Virus record (IMG/VR): IMGVR_UViG_2531839667_000010
Coordinates: 1-48,410 of that record
DNA from: a virus
Taxonomy: Duplodnaviria > Heunggongvirae > Uroviricota > Caudoviricetes
Length of the DNA: 48,410 bases
Strand: one strand, 5' to 3'
In this document: positions 39,569 to 47,873 of the stretch, piece after piece
Layout of the letters: each line of letters starts with the position of its first letter
Numbering within the stretch: position 1 is the stretch's first letter
Notes under the pieces: model-generated
Told to the model about the DNA's origin: nothing
Databases searched by the model: none
The model's input: the letters and a program-made list of their open reading frames with translations, nothing else
Program-made: the position numbers and the translations under genes

Positions 39569-40725
39569 TTGCGCCCCCTTACCTCTGAAGAGTTCAGCGA
39601 CGAATGAATAAGACGGGCAAGAAATGCCGCATCGTTAATTCGGTCATACAGACTTACAGCCAGCGGTGATTCAGCTTTTTCCAGCATGGGATAAAGCTGC
39701 TGCAACCAGACCTGATGAATTGATGAAATGTAGGAATAGAGAACGCTGGCGTTATGTGCAACGTCGCTCAGTACAGAGGGATTTGAAAGCTGTTTCTCCA
39801 TCTGGTTAAAGGCATTGATGTATGCCTCTTTGAACCGGGCAGCACGTTTACCAGTGAAGCCCATAGCAAGGAACGCGAAGCCATCGCGGGTTATTTGATA
39901 GCAAGGTAGTTTGCGAGTACCGCCGTTGGGCTGGCGTACCAAAATTGATGTCTCCGCAAAATTGCGGGCACAAAACTCTGGAGAACAATCCAAAATGCGA
40001 ATCTTTTTCAGAACATCGTCATGACGTTTAGAGAAGAAGTCAGCAACAGCCAAAGAAGATGTAACAGCCTGACCATCAACGATGGCAATTTCAGGTTGAG
40101 AGAGGGTTGGGACAGTAGCCATGATGGCAGCCTCCGTATGCAATGGATAACTTCCACCACCGGAAACGCCAATTTCGCTGGTGGTGAACTGAGCAGGGTT
40201 GGCGTAACCGGCGCATACGGAAACCGGCGCACCTTTCGGTGCCCCCACCCAGCCCACCATAATTTGGGTATAGCTGAGTTGTAGCAACAAAAAAGACGCT
40301 AACGCGCCAATTGTCGCCGTATGCAATTCCAGGACGCCAATCCCGGCACCCGCTTTATAAGGTGCCTGAACAGTGTAACGTCCCGGAATGGCAGAATCAA
40401 TGTGCTGGTGGTCCTTCACACTCAACAAAATCACGCCTGAATTTCCACAAAGGACTAAAGCACTCATGCGGGTAGTCTTTGCGAAGATAGATAACGCGCT
40501 GTGTTTCTGGCTCCCAACGAATAACATGGACATAAAGCCCTCTTCCGTCACGAAACCAGCGGTTAAGTTCCTGCACAACTCGCCCCCCACAGTCAGGTAA
40601 AGTTCTCTGTGGTTACTTACAGCCAGGTGATTTGGTAATCTGCATTCATGCCGTAACAACAGGTGTTCAGCGACGCTGACCACCAGCTGTTGCGACAAAC
40701 GGTTATTTGCCGTTAAACTGTTCAT
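39565..40725 (-). CDS. Rha-domain phage regulatory protein (start uncertain)
   Basis: Rha-type domain (...IVDGQAVTSSLAVADFFSKRHDDVLKKI...) in residues about 205-300. The longest ORF starts at 40725, coupled to the upstream stop; an internal ATG at 40121-40123 with a GGAGG Shine-Dalgarno would give a 186-aa Rha protein. Confidence 0.55.
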   Translation of the reverse strand: MNSLTANNRLSQQLVVSVAEHLLLRHECRLPNHLAVSNHRELYLTVGGELCRNLTAGFVTEEGFMSMLFVGSQKHSALSIFAKTTRMSALVLCGNSGVILLSVKDHQHIDSAIPGRYTVQAPYKAGAGIGVLELHTATIGALASFLLLQLSYTQIMVGWVGAPKGAPVSVCAGYANPAQFTTSEIGVSGGGSYPLHTEAAIMATVPTLSQPEIAIVDGQAVTSSLAVADFFSKRHDDVLKKIRILDCSPEFCARNFAETSILVRQPNGGTRKLPCYQITRDGFAFLAMGFTGKRAARFKEAYINAFNQMEKQLSNPSVLSDVAHNASVLYSYISSIHQVWLQQLYPMLEKAESPLAVSLYDRINDAAFLARLIHSSLNSSEVRGRK

Positions 40726-41291
40726 GCGTTAGTTTCTCCACAACCAGAAGCAATCGACGCCACGACGCCCGGAGCTGCACACTCGCGGGCGTTACTCTTT
40801 TCCGGCGCACAAAAAACACGAAATAACAGTGTTAAATGCTCCTGCCACTTCGCCATTACTTGGTAGCTGTTCTCTTCGATTTGCTCACGCTCAGCCTGGT
40901 CAATAACTCCATCAGCAGTTGCCTTGCGTAAGTACTGGGAATGCTTGCCAATCCATTCTATTGACTCCATCAGCCGCTGATTAATGTCACCAATGACCAC
41001 CAGCGGCACAAACACCCCATTACTACGACGGGCTATTGCATCTGTTACATGCCTGGTACCACTGGCATCCTGTAAAACCATGGCCCACTCAAGTGGAAAA
41101 ATTTGATCCCCACCGCTACGCAGTCTGTTATGCAATTGATCTTTTGCTGGGGTGATATCATCAGATTTATACAAACCAAGAATTTCTGCTGCTTCCTCAT
41201 AGCCATGAGGTAAATCAGCAATCGTTCTTCGTATTGCTGCCACCAGCCATGCTGGTTGTTTATCAACTTTCCATTCAGGTTCTTTACCCAC
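40722..41291 (-). CDS. Putative CII-like early regulator
   Basis: 189-aa ORF immediately after cro in the rightward operon; family assignment is positional and from a weak recollection of the CP76-type CII family. Confidence 0.4.
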   Translation of the reverse strand: MGKEPEWKVDKQPAWLVAAIRRTIADLPHGYEEAAEILGLYKSDDITPAKDQLHNRLRSGGDQIFPLEWAMVLQDASGTRHVTDAIARRSNGVFVPLVVIGDINQRLMESIEWIGKHSQYLRKATADGVIDQAEREQIEENSYQVMAKWQEHLTLLFRVFCAPEKSNARECAAPGVVASIASGCGETNA

Positions 41292-41318
41292 GGTTAATTC
41301 CTCATTTCTGTGGTGTTT

Positions 41319-41516
41319 TTATGCCGCAGCACTGTTAGTCTTTTGATATAAAGACACGTCAACTTTCAGTTTCCCGTTAGTAATTTTTTCTAACTGGTAC
41401 GCTCGGCCTTCAGGAATAATCTCAGGCCACTCTGAAACAGACGGATGCTTAATACCTAGGGCTTCGGCGGTTTTACAAACTCCGCCGAAATAATTAATCA
41501 CGTCGGATTTCCGCAT
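41319..41516 (-). CDS. cro: Cro-like repressor
   Basis: 65-aa HTH protein divergent from cI across an operator-rich 95-bp spacer. Confidence 0.75.
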   Translation of the reverse strand: MRKSDVINYFGGVCKTAEALGIKHPSVSEWPEIIPEGRAYQLEKITNGKLKVDVSLYQKTNSAAA

Positions 41517-41548
41517 TTCTGTCTCCCGTTAAATTACGTTAAGCAGAA

Positions 41549-41611
41549 ATGTAGGATATCCAACATACCAATGTCAAGAATCCTACATGGGCATGTGGTA
41601 GGATTGCCTAC
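41549..41611. promoter_or_regulatory. OR operator cluster with divergent pR/pRM
   Basis: 18-bp palindrome ATGTAGGATATCCAACAT (41549-41566) plus degenerate copies at 41571-41588 and 41593-41610. Confidence 0.6.
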
Positions 41612-42265
41612 ATGATGAACATGAGTGATCGTATTCGCCAAAGGCGAAAAGAACTGAACCTGACACAACAAGCACTGGCTGATTTGACTGGTGTGAACCG
41701 TGTCACGGTTACTGGATGGGAAAAGGACGACTACCAACCAAATGGAGCCAACCTTCAAGCCCTAGCCAACGCACTTAAATGCGATCCTCTGTGGCTTGTT
41801 AGCGGAAAAGGCTCGCCTGAACCAAAGATAAATCTAAAACCTGAAATATTCGCAGTTAAAAAAGTCCCCCTCATCTCGTGGGTTCAGGCGGGTTCATGGA
41901 CAATGACGGAGCCTGGTGTCAGGAAAGAAGATGCTGAAGAGTGGGTTTATACTACCGCCATTGTATCAGAAATGGCATTTGCACTACGGGTCCGTGGTGA
42001 TTCAATGACCAATCCCCTCGGCTCACCATCGATACCAGAAGGTTCTATCGTTATCGTAGAGCCAGATATTATTGATACAGAGTGTATTAACGGAAAAATC
42101 GTTGTTGCCCATATCAATGGTGGGCAAGAAGCGACACTCAAAAAATTTGTTGAGGACTGGCCGAACAGGTATCTCGTCCCACTAAATCCTAACTATAAAA
42201 CTATTGAATGCGGTGAGAACTGCAGAATAGTTGGTCTTGTCAAACAAGTAATAATGGATTTTTGA
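41612..42265 (+). CDS. cI: CI-type prophage repressor (HTH plus S24 LexA-like autopeptidase)
   Basis: 217 aa; N-terminal HTH (LTQQALADLTGV), C-terminal RVRGDSM Ser nucleophile and downstream Lys. Confidence 0.9.
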   Translation: MMNMSDRIRQRRKELNLTQQALADLTGVNRVTVTGWEKDDYQPNGANLQALANALKCDPLWLVSGKGSPEPKINLKPEIFAVKKVPLISWVQAGSWTMTEPGVRKEDAEEWVYTTAIVSEMAFALRVRGDSMTNPLGSPSIPEGSIVIVEPDIIDTECINGKIVVAHINGGQEATLKKFVEDWPNRYLVPLNPNYKTIECGENCRIVGLVKQVIMDF

Positions 42266-42286
42266 CACATCTTCCTCACTATCGCA

Positions 42287-42311
42287 AAACCGGGGTATCC
42301 CCGGTTTTTTT
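42287..42311 (+). terminator. Rho-independent terminator after cI
   Basis: Stem ccggggtatccccgg followed by T7. Confidence 0.7.
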
Positions 42312-42327
42312 ATGAGCCTATCTTTTT

Positions 42328-42385
42328 ATGTAGGATAACCAACATAAACTCTTGACACTCACATGTTGGATATCCTACATTTGTT
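42328..42385 (+). promoter_or_regulatory. OL operators and pL promoter
   Basis: Two copies of the 18-bp operator (ATGTAGGATAACCAACAT 42328-42345; ATGTTGGATATCCTACAT 42363-42380) flank TTGACA (42352-42357); the second operator overlaps the -10 region. Confidence 0.6.
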
Positions 42386-42445
42386 TTTAGAGTAGCCGCC
42401 GGTGGCGTATGAATGACCGGATGATTCGCTGACAGAAAACTTAGG

Positions 42446-42829
42446 TTGGGGGTAGAGGTTTACATGAATCATTTATTCACATGCTCATTTTGCGGAGCAA
42501 CCGAACTGGGAGCGATAAAGATCGTCGCAAAAGGTGGTAAGGACGAACCTGCCATCTGTTCGGAATGCGTAGTCACATGTGTAGAAAAAATGATCCTGAC
42601 TAAAAAATCAGAGGCTGAAAAACCAACCTCTGATAACGAAATAATATCAGTCGATAAAAAACTATTTAAAGAGCTTCTTCAGCTTGTCCTCAACCATCCT
42701 GATTTCGGAAGTAAGCTGGCTGCTGTTGACATTGATAGTAGCTCCACATCGACAAGTGAAACTTTTGTTCGACTTGAGCCAAGCGATTTTCTTCTTCGTC
42801 TTAGTGCCGCACTTAGGGCATGCGGGTAA
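42446..42829 (+). CDS. ClpX-type C4 zinc-finger protein, first gene of the pL operon
   Basis: 127 aa; N-terminus FTCSFCGATELGAIKIVAKGGKDEPAICSECVVTC resembles the ClpX zinc-binding domain (CSFCG...ICxEC) as I recall; GAGG Shine-Dalgarno 6 nt before the ATG; no AAA+ domain. Confidence 0.55.
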   Translation: MGVEVYMNHLFTCSFCGATELGAIKIVAKGGKDEPAICSECVVTCVEKMILTKKSEAEKPTSDNEIISVDKKLFKELLQLVLNHPDFGSKLAAVDIDSSSTSTSETFVRLEPSDFLLRLSAALRACG

Positions 42830-42942
42830 CGTAATTTCCTGGTTATCAAAAGCGCCCATAAACATCCCTCTTGGTTGTGTGAGAACACCAAGATACCACC
42901 GCGCCTGATGTGGTTAAAAGCAGGCTAAAGCAATAACAAGTA

Positions 42943-43003
42943 ACTCCCTGTTCTGGCGGCCCGGTGTTTTCCCGTGTATTTCCGGTAACCGCCAGCCTTT
43001 TTC
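42943..43003 (+). terminator. Terminator-like hairpin after the first pL gene (tL1-like position)
   Basis: Stem ctggcgg/ccgccag around a 29-nt loop, followed by CCTTTTTC. Confidence 0.3.
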
Positions 43004-43171
43004 AGGGCACAACAGAAAAGGGCATCACCGGGCGACGGGCTCATAACCCAATCCACCCGGGCAAAAAGAAAGCGGTCTCTGCAAGCCGCCGACCAATGCA
43101 GGTGCCCTTCTCTGTTGTGTATGGAGAAACTAACTTTTTAGCGCCGGTGCAGAGGCGTTGAGGAACCGAGA

Positions 43172-44089
43172 ATGAACAATCCGTTTTTCAAAAATATGTT
43201 GGTGTATCGCATTAGTCGCGATTTCACCATCAACCAGGAAGAGCTGGAACAGCAGCTTGAACTATTTCGCTTCACTCCATGCGGTAGCCAGGATATGGCA
43301 AAAACCGGTTGGGTATCACCACTTGGTCAGCTGTCAGATCGCTTGCATCACACTGTCAATAATCAAGTGTTGTTGGTTATTCGCCGGGAAGAAAAAATAC
43401 TGCCATCTCCTGTCATTGCTGAAGAACTGCGCAAGCGTGTGTCGCGTCTGGAATCCGATCAGGGGCGTCGCCTCAAAAAAACTGAGAAAGATTCGCTGCG
43501 TGATGAAGTGTTGCACTCCCTGCTTCCTCGGGCGTTCTCCAAAAACTCGACTGTTAGTTTGTGGATCAACGTCACCGACGGTCTGATCATGGTTGATGCA
43601 GCCAGCGCTAAACGTGCCGAAGACTCACTGGCCCTGCTTCGTAAAACTCTCGGTTCTCTCCCGGTGGTACCGCTGACTATGGAAACGCCGATCTAACTAA
43701 CTATGACCGAATGGGTTCGTTCCGGTAGTGCGCCTGCTGGCTTTGGCCTGGGTGATGAAGCCGAACTGAAAGCTATTCTTGAAGATGGCGGTATTGGACG
43801 CTTTAAAAAACAGACTCTGGTCAGTGACGAAATTCATGTGCATCTGGAAGCTGGCAAAGTAGTTACAAAGCTGTCTATCGACTGGCAACAGCGCATTCAG
43901 TTCGTTCTTTGCGATGACGGCAGCATCAAACGCCTTAAGTTCTCTAATGAGATTACAGAACAAAACGACGATATCGACCGTGAGGATGCGGCTCAGCGGT
44001 TCGACGCTGACTTTGTTCTGATGACCGGCGAGCTTATCTCTCTCATTAACGGATTAACAACCTCTCTCGGCGGCGAAGCCAAGCGATAA
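43172..44089 (+). pseudogene. rdgC: RdgC-like recombination-associated protein, interrupted by one in-frame TAA
   Basis: Listed ORFs 43172..43696 and 43703..44089 are in the same frame, separated only by TAA at 43694-43696; together they resemble full-length RdgC as I recall ([11 protein letters not shown]..., ...[19 protein letters not shown]...). Confidence 0.75.
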
Positions 44090-44170
44090 ACACCAGGCAA
44101 CAATTACCCCCATAAGCATGGGTTGGGTTGCTGCACGCTAAATTCAGCAATTCATTAATTTAATGGCGCG

Positions 44171-44737
44171 GTGCAGCGCGCCAATATGGAGAAAACCATG
44201 AGCTACATTCAGACATTATCCGGCAAACATTTTAATTACCTCGATATCCAACAGGACGATATCGTGATCGAGGATATTGCTACCGCGTTGTCTCATATCT
44301 GCCGCTTTGCAGGGCATCTTCCTGAGTTTTACAGTGTCGGCCAGCATAGCGTTTTAACCAGCCACCTCGTTCCGCAGGAGTTTGCATTAGAAGCACTGCT
44401 TCATGATGCTGCTGAAGCCTACCTGCAGGACATCCCCTCCCCACTTAAGCGCCTGCTTCCGGATTACCAGGCAATCGAAGCTCGTGTGGACGCAGCCATT
44501 CGGCAGAAGTTCGGTCTACCAACTGAGCAACACCCAACCGTGAAATATGCCGACCTGGTGATGCTCGCCAGCGAACGCCGCGATTTTGAGATTGACGAAG
44601 GTTCCATTTGGCCATGCCTCGAGGGAGTTGTCCCAACGGATTTATTCATTATCAACCCAGTTCGTCCTGGCCAGTCATACGGCATGTTCATCAATCGCTT
44701 TAACGAGTTGATGGAGCAGCGCCAATGCGCCGCATGA
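44171..44737 (+). CDS. HD-domain phosphohydrolase
   Basis: His and His-Asp motifs (SVGQHSVL..., ALLHDAAEAY); likely true start at ATG 44198 (GGAG Shine-Dalgarno). Confidence 0.7.
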   Translation: MQRANMEKTMSYIQTLSGKHFNYLDIQQDDIVIEDIATALSHICRFAGHLPEFYSVGQHSVLTSHLVPQEFALEALLHDAAEAYLQDIPSPLKRLLPDYQAIEARVDAAIRQKFGLPTEQHPTVKYADLVMLASERRDFEIDEGSIWPCLEGVVPTDLFIINPVRPGQSYGMFINRFNELMEQRQCAA

Positions 44738-44901
44738 AGGTAAAAGAACTCGTAGCGGAGGCGTTTGCCTCCGTTGCTGAATTGCCACCAAAGCATGCGC
44801 CGCTTATGCGCGAAGTCGCCACCAGACTGGACGCTACGTTCGCAGCATTAAAAGAGTCTCTGGTGCAACTGGAACAGGAACGTAAAGATAAAACGCCATG
44901 A
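44734..44901 (+). CDS. Small protein (55 aa), not in the ORF track, coupled on both sides
   Basis: ATG overlaps the HD gene stop (ATGA) and its stop overlaps the next start (ATGA); product MKVKELVAEAFASVAELPPKHAPLMREVATRLDATFAALKESLVQLEQERKDKTP. Confidence 0.4.
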   Translation: MKVKELVAEAFASVAELPPKHAPLMREVATRLDATFAALKESLVQLEQERKDKTP

Positions 44902-45152
44902 CCGTATTTGAATATCTCCAGGCTCATCCGAATACCACCAGCGGTGAAATCGCCAAAGGTATGAACAAAAAGACCCCAGCGGTCGCCGGAGCATTATCTC
45001 AGCTCTATGGCACCGGTCGGATCGTGAAGTCTGGTGTTCGCAAGGGTATTCCAACATACCGCATTAACGATATGCCGTTTGGTTGCAGTAACAGCCTAAC
45101 CATGATGTTTAACCAGCTCTTGAGCAGAGCCAGACAAGGAGCAGCCCAATGA
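44898..45152 (+). CDS. Hypothetical small protein, possible winged-helix
   Basis: 84 aa; ATGA-coupled within the pL operon. Confidence 0.5.
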   Translation: MTVFEYLQAHPNTTSGEIAKGMNKKTPAVAGALSQLYGTGRIVKSGVRKGIPTYRINDMPFGCSNSLTMMFNQLLSRARQGAAQ

Positions 45153-45496
45153 CAGCACTCAACAAACAGGCGCTGCGTGAAGAATTCCAGTTCATGCAGG
45201 ACAACTATAGCGACCCGGCAGACCACGATCGGCAGGTGATTTACATCGAGGCGGAGGCGCTGCTGGATGAGTTGGAAGCCAAAGACTCAACGATAGCAGC
45301 ACAACAACATGAGATCCGTATGTTGCTGAATGCGCTTGAGGAAAAACCATGCCCGAAATGCAACGACACAGGAATGACTGATAGTGGCGGCACGCAGCCA
45401 TGGGGCGAGCCGATTGAGATTGAATGCGACTGCCGACAGCAGGATGCCAACACCGCAGAACTTGTAGCCGCTGGCATTGGCGTGAAGGGGGAGTGA
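45149..45496 (+). CDS. Hypothetical protein with C-terminal CxxC...CxC zinc-ribbon motif
   Basis: 115 aa; CPKCNDTG...ECDC. Confidence 0.5.
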   Translation: MTALNKQALREEFQFMQDNYSDPADHDRQVIYIEAEALLDELEAKDSTIAAQQHEIRMLLNALEEKPCPKCNDTGMTDSGGTQPWGEPIEIECDCRQQDANTAELVAAGIGVKGE

Positions 45497-45497
45497 G

Positions 45498-45806
45498 ATG
45501 GATAAATTAATCAAACCTACCGCCAAAGGTAAATATGACGGTTCATGTGATTATCTTTGCTCGGAAGATGCGCGATTCATCGTTATGCGCGGCGATTATA
45601 CGGAAGCGGAAATAATTCAGGCTTCTGTGTCCCAAGATGTAATCGACTCGGATGGTGCGGCTGATTTTGCAAGTAGCGCCCGCTATTATCAGTGCTGGTA
45701 CAAAGTTAGCCCAATAGGTGGTCAGGATGGCTATTCAGGCTGGCATCATCCTCGTGATTCGCCGTGTCGCGGTGCATATTTCGCATCAGTTTTGCAATGG
45801 GATTAA
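45498..45806 (+). CDS. Hypothetical protein
   Basis: 102-aa ORF in the operon. Confidence 0.45.
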   Translation: MDKLIKPTAKGKYDGSCDYLCSEDARFIVMRGDYTEAEIIQASVSQDVIDSDGAADFASSARYYQCWYKVSPIGGQDGYSGWHHPRDSPCRGAYFASVLQWD

Positions 45807-45819
45807 GGAGGACTAACCC

Positions 45820-46287
45820 ATGACAACTAACAACCACCCGGCGCACGGTCCTGTATCACTCGATCGCCTGCACCAGATACGCGAACACCTGCTGCATGAT
45901 ACCCAATACTCAAACGGCGGGAACAGAGCCTACATTCTCGCTGATGTATTGAAGGTGATTGATGGGGCTATTGCCCGCGAGCTGGTACGCCGTGAGCATG
46001 CAGCGTGGTCACAGGCTACTTTCGGCGATGTCGGTCCAGTTGGTCCGCTGAAGCACCTTTCCAAAGAAGCGCTCGAGGCTGCTGCTGAACCAGGCGACCT
46101 TAGCGAATGGGCTGACATGCAATTCCTGTTATGGGATGCGCAACGTCGTGCCGGTATCAGTGATGAGCAGATTACCCAGGCAATGATAAAAAAGCTGGCT
46201 ATAAATAAGGTTCGCCAATGGCCTGAGCCGAAAGACGGGGAACCTCGATTGCATATCAAAGAACAGTCAGAGCAGGAGAAAAAATAA
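45820..46287 (+). CDS. Putative nucleotide pyrophosphohydrolase-like protein (MazG/DUF550-type)
   Basis: 155 aa; assignment from weak recollection of prophage dATP/dGTP pyrophosphohydrolase-like proteins. Confidence 0.35.
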   Translation: MTTNNHPAHGPVSLDRLHQIREHLLHDTQYSNGGNRAYILADVLKVIDGAIARELVRREHAAWSQATFGDVGPVGPLKHLSKEALEAAAEPGDLSEWADMQFLLWDAQRRAGISDEQITQAMIKKLAINKVRQWPEPKDGEPRLHIKEQSEQEKK

Positions 46288-46289
46288 GA

Positions 46290-46544
46290 ATGTTTAGCCT
46301 GATTCGGCGCGGTCAAATCTACACGGACAGTAGCAACTGGCCCGTAATTATCCATAGCTGTAGTGATCACTCGGTCCGAATTAAACGCAATGATGGCGAG
46401 CTGAGAACGATTAGCATCAAACGCTTTAACGAAGATTTTGAACGAGTGGAGCATGATGAGTATCGCAAAATATGTGCCGAAATAGAGCAGGAAACAAACC
46501 TGAAAAACCTACGTGCGATGCGTCGCGGCAAGATTACTGAATAG
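46290..46544 (+). CDS. Hypothetical small protein
   Basis: 84-aa ORF in the operon. Confidence 0.45.
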   Translation: MFSLIRRGQIYTDSSNWPVIIHSCSDHSVRIKRNDGELRTISIKRFNEDFERVEHDEYRKICAEIEQETNLKNLRAMRRGKITE

Positions 46545-46565
46545 CCAAACAGGAGAATATTTAAC

Positions 46566-47138
46566 GTGAACAACTTAATGATCGACCTTGAGTCCATGGG
46601 CAAAAAACCGAATGCCCCTATTGTCTCCATTGGTGCCGTATTCTTCGATCCGCAAAGCGGTGAACTGGGTCAGGAGTTTTACACCGCTGTTAATCTTGAA
46701 AGCGCTATGGAGCAGGGAGCGGTGCCGGATGGTGACACTATTCTGTGGTGGTTAAGACAAAGCTCAGAAGCACGATCAGCAATCTGTGTTGATGATGCGA
46801 TGCCGATATCATCTGCCCTATCTGAACTGAGCCATTTCATTAATCAGCATGCAGACAATACAAAATATTTAAAAGTCTGGGGTAACGGGGCCACCTTCGA
46901 CAACGTAATTTTACGTGGAGCTTACGAGCGAGCAGGACAAATCTGCCCGTGGGCGTACTGGAATGACCACGATGTACGCACGATCGTTACGCTTGGGCGT
47001 TCCATCGGATTCGCCCCCAAAATGGACATGCCTTTCGATGGCGAACGGCACAACGCCCTGGCCGATGCCCGTCATCAGGCAAAATATGTTTCCGCTATCT
47101 GGCAGAAATTAATTCCTGCCACCAGCACAGAATTATGA
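46566..47138 (+). CDS. DEDD-family 3'-5' exonuclease (DnaQ-like)
   Basis: N-terminal IDLES (Exo I D-x-E) and C-terminal HNALADARH (Exo III) motifs; AGGAGA Shine-Dalgarno. Confidence 0.75.
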   Translation: MNNLMIDLESMGKKPNAPIVSIGAVFFDPQSGELGQEFYTAVNLESAMEQGAVPDGDTILWWLRQSSEARSAICVDDAMPISSALSELSHFINQHADNTKYLKVWGNGATFDNVILRGAYERAGQICPWAYWNDHDVRTIVTLGRSIGFAPKMDMPFDGERHNALADARHQAKYVSAIWQKLIPATSTEL

Positions 47139-47147
47139 TTTTCCCGG

Positions 47148-47456
47148 GTGCAGCCGGTTTTGATGGAGAAAATTATGAACACCTTGTTTTTACTGATGGC
47201 TGAATTCAATACCCCTAACATTGAACTCTCAGCAGTTAGCCAAAAGTACTTTGGCATGAGTCCAGCCACGGCAGAAGCAAAAGCAAACGCTTGTAAGTTG
47301 CCCGTTCCAACATATCGCATCGGCACATCACAAAAAGCAAAACGTTGCATCAATATTCAGGATCTTGCGGAATACATAGACAAAAGACGAGAAGAAGGAC
47401 GTATCGAGTGGGAACAGGTCAGAACAGGCAAACAGAAGGGCAAAGAACATCACTAA
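47148..47456 (+). CDS. PrtN/AlpA-like small DNA-binding protein, possible excisionase
   Basis: Likely start at ATG 47175 (GGAG Shine-Dalgarno), about 93 aa; resembles excisionase-like PrtN-family regulators as I recall; last gene of the pL operon. Confidence 0.5.
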   Translation: MQPVLMEKIMNTLFLLMAEFNTPNIELSAVSQKYFGMSPATAEAKANACKLPVPTYRIGTSQKAKRCINIQDLAEYIDKRREEGRIEWEQVRTGKQKGKEHH

Positions 47457-47486
47457 AGAAAAAACCCGCCTAAAGGCGGGTTTTCA
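47457..47486. terminator. Bidirectional rho-independent terminator
   Basis: A-run, stem cccgcc/ggcggg (loop taaa), T-run. Confidence 0.7.
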
Positions 47487-47503
47487 AAAAGCACCAGCTA
47501 TGA

Positions 47504-47677
47504 TCATGCTGCTTTGCGACGACGAAGCTTACCCTGCTGCTCTTTACCAGAGACAGTAGCGTGAGTGAACGCATTAGGAGCAGCCTTCATCAGAACTTCA
47601 ACAGCAGCACCCATACCTGCGAATGCTTTCATTGTGTCGAACTTAACCTGTGGCTTGGTTGCTTTTTGATCTTTCAT
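47504..47677 (-). CDS. Small basic protein (57 aa), not in the ORF track
   Basis: ATG at 47675-47677 preceded by GGGAG; product MKDQKATKPQVKFDTMKAFAGMGAAVEVLMKAAPNAFTHATVSGKEQQGKLRRRKAA; ends at the bidirectional terminator. Confidence 0.35.
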   Translation of the reverse strand: MKDQKATKPQVKFDTMKAFAGMGAAVEVLMKAAPNAFTHATVSGKEQQGKLRRRKAA

Positions 47678-47737
47678 AGAAAACTCCCGAGACAGTAAAG
47701 GCGTCTCTAACCCTCTCTTTAAAGCTAGCTTGTTTCG

Positions 47738-47758
47738 CTAACTTATGCCAATCGATCA
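47738..47758. repeat. Perfect palindrome CCAATCGA-tcatg-TCGATTGG
   Basis: 8-bp inverted repeat with 5-bp spacer in the intergenic region between the two minus-strand genes. Confidence 0.4.
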
Positions 47759-47873
47759 TGTCGATTGGTGACATCGTTTCTTAGTAGTTTAAGCACAAAA
47801 CGACTGCCATAGATGTACCTTTAAGGTAATCTGGACGGGTATCCTACAATTTGTAGACCCTTCTCGTCTATAC

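Noticed and set aside
42406-42445. boxB-like nut hairpin (cgcc-ggt-ggcg) in the pL leader
   Set aside because: The stem is only 4 bp with a 3-nt loop, which is not specific enough; an N-like antitermination site cannot be supported.
42964-43161. 65-aa ORF in the spacer upstream of rdgC
   Set aside because: It lies across the structured hairpin region, starts at a non-ATG codon and has no ribosome-binding site; the region is more plausibly regulatory RNA.
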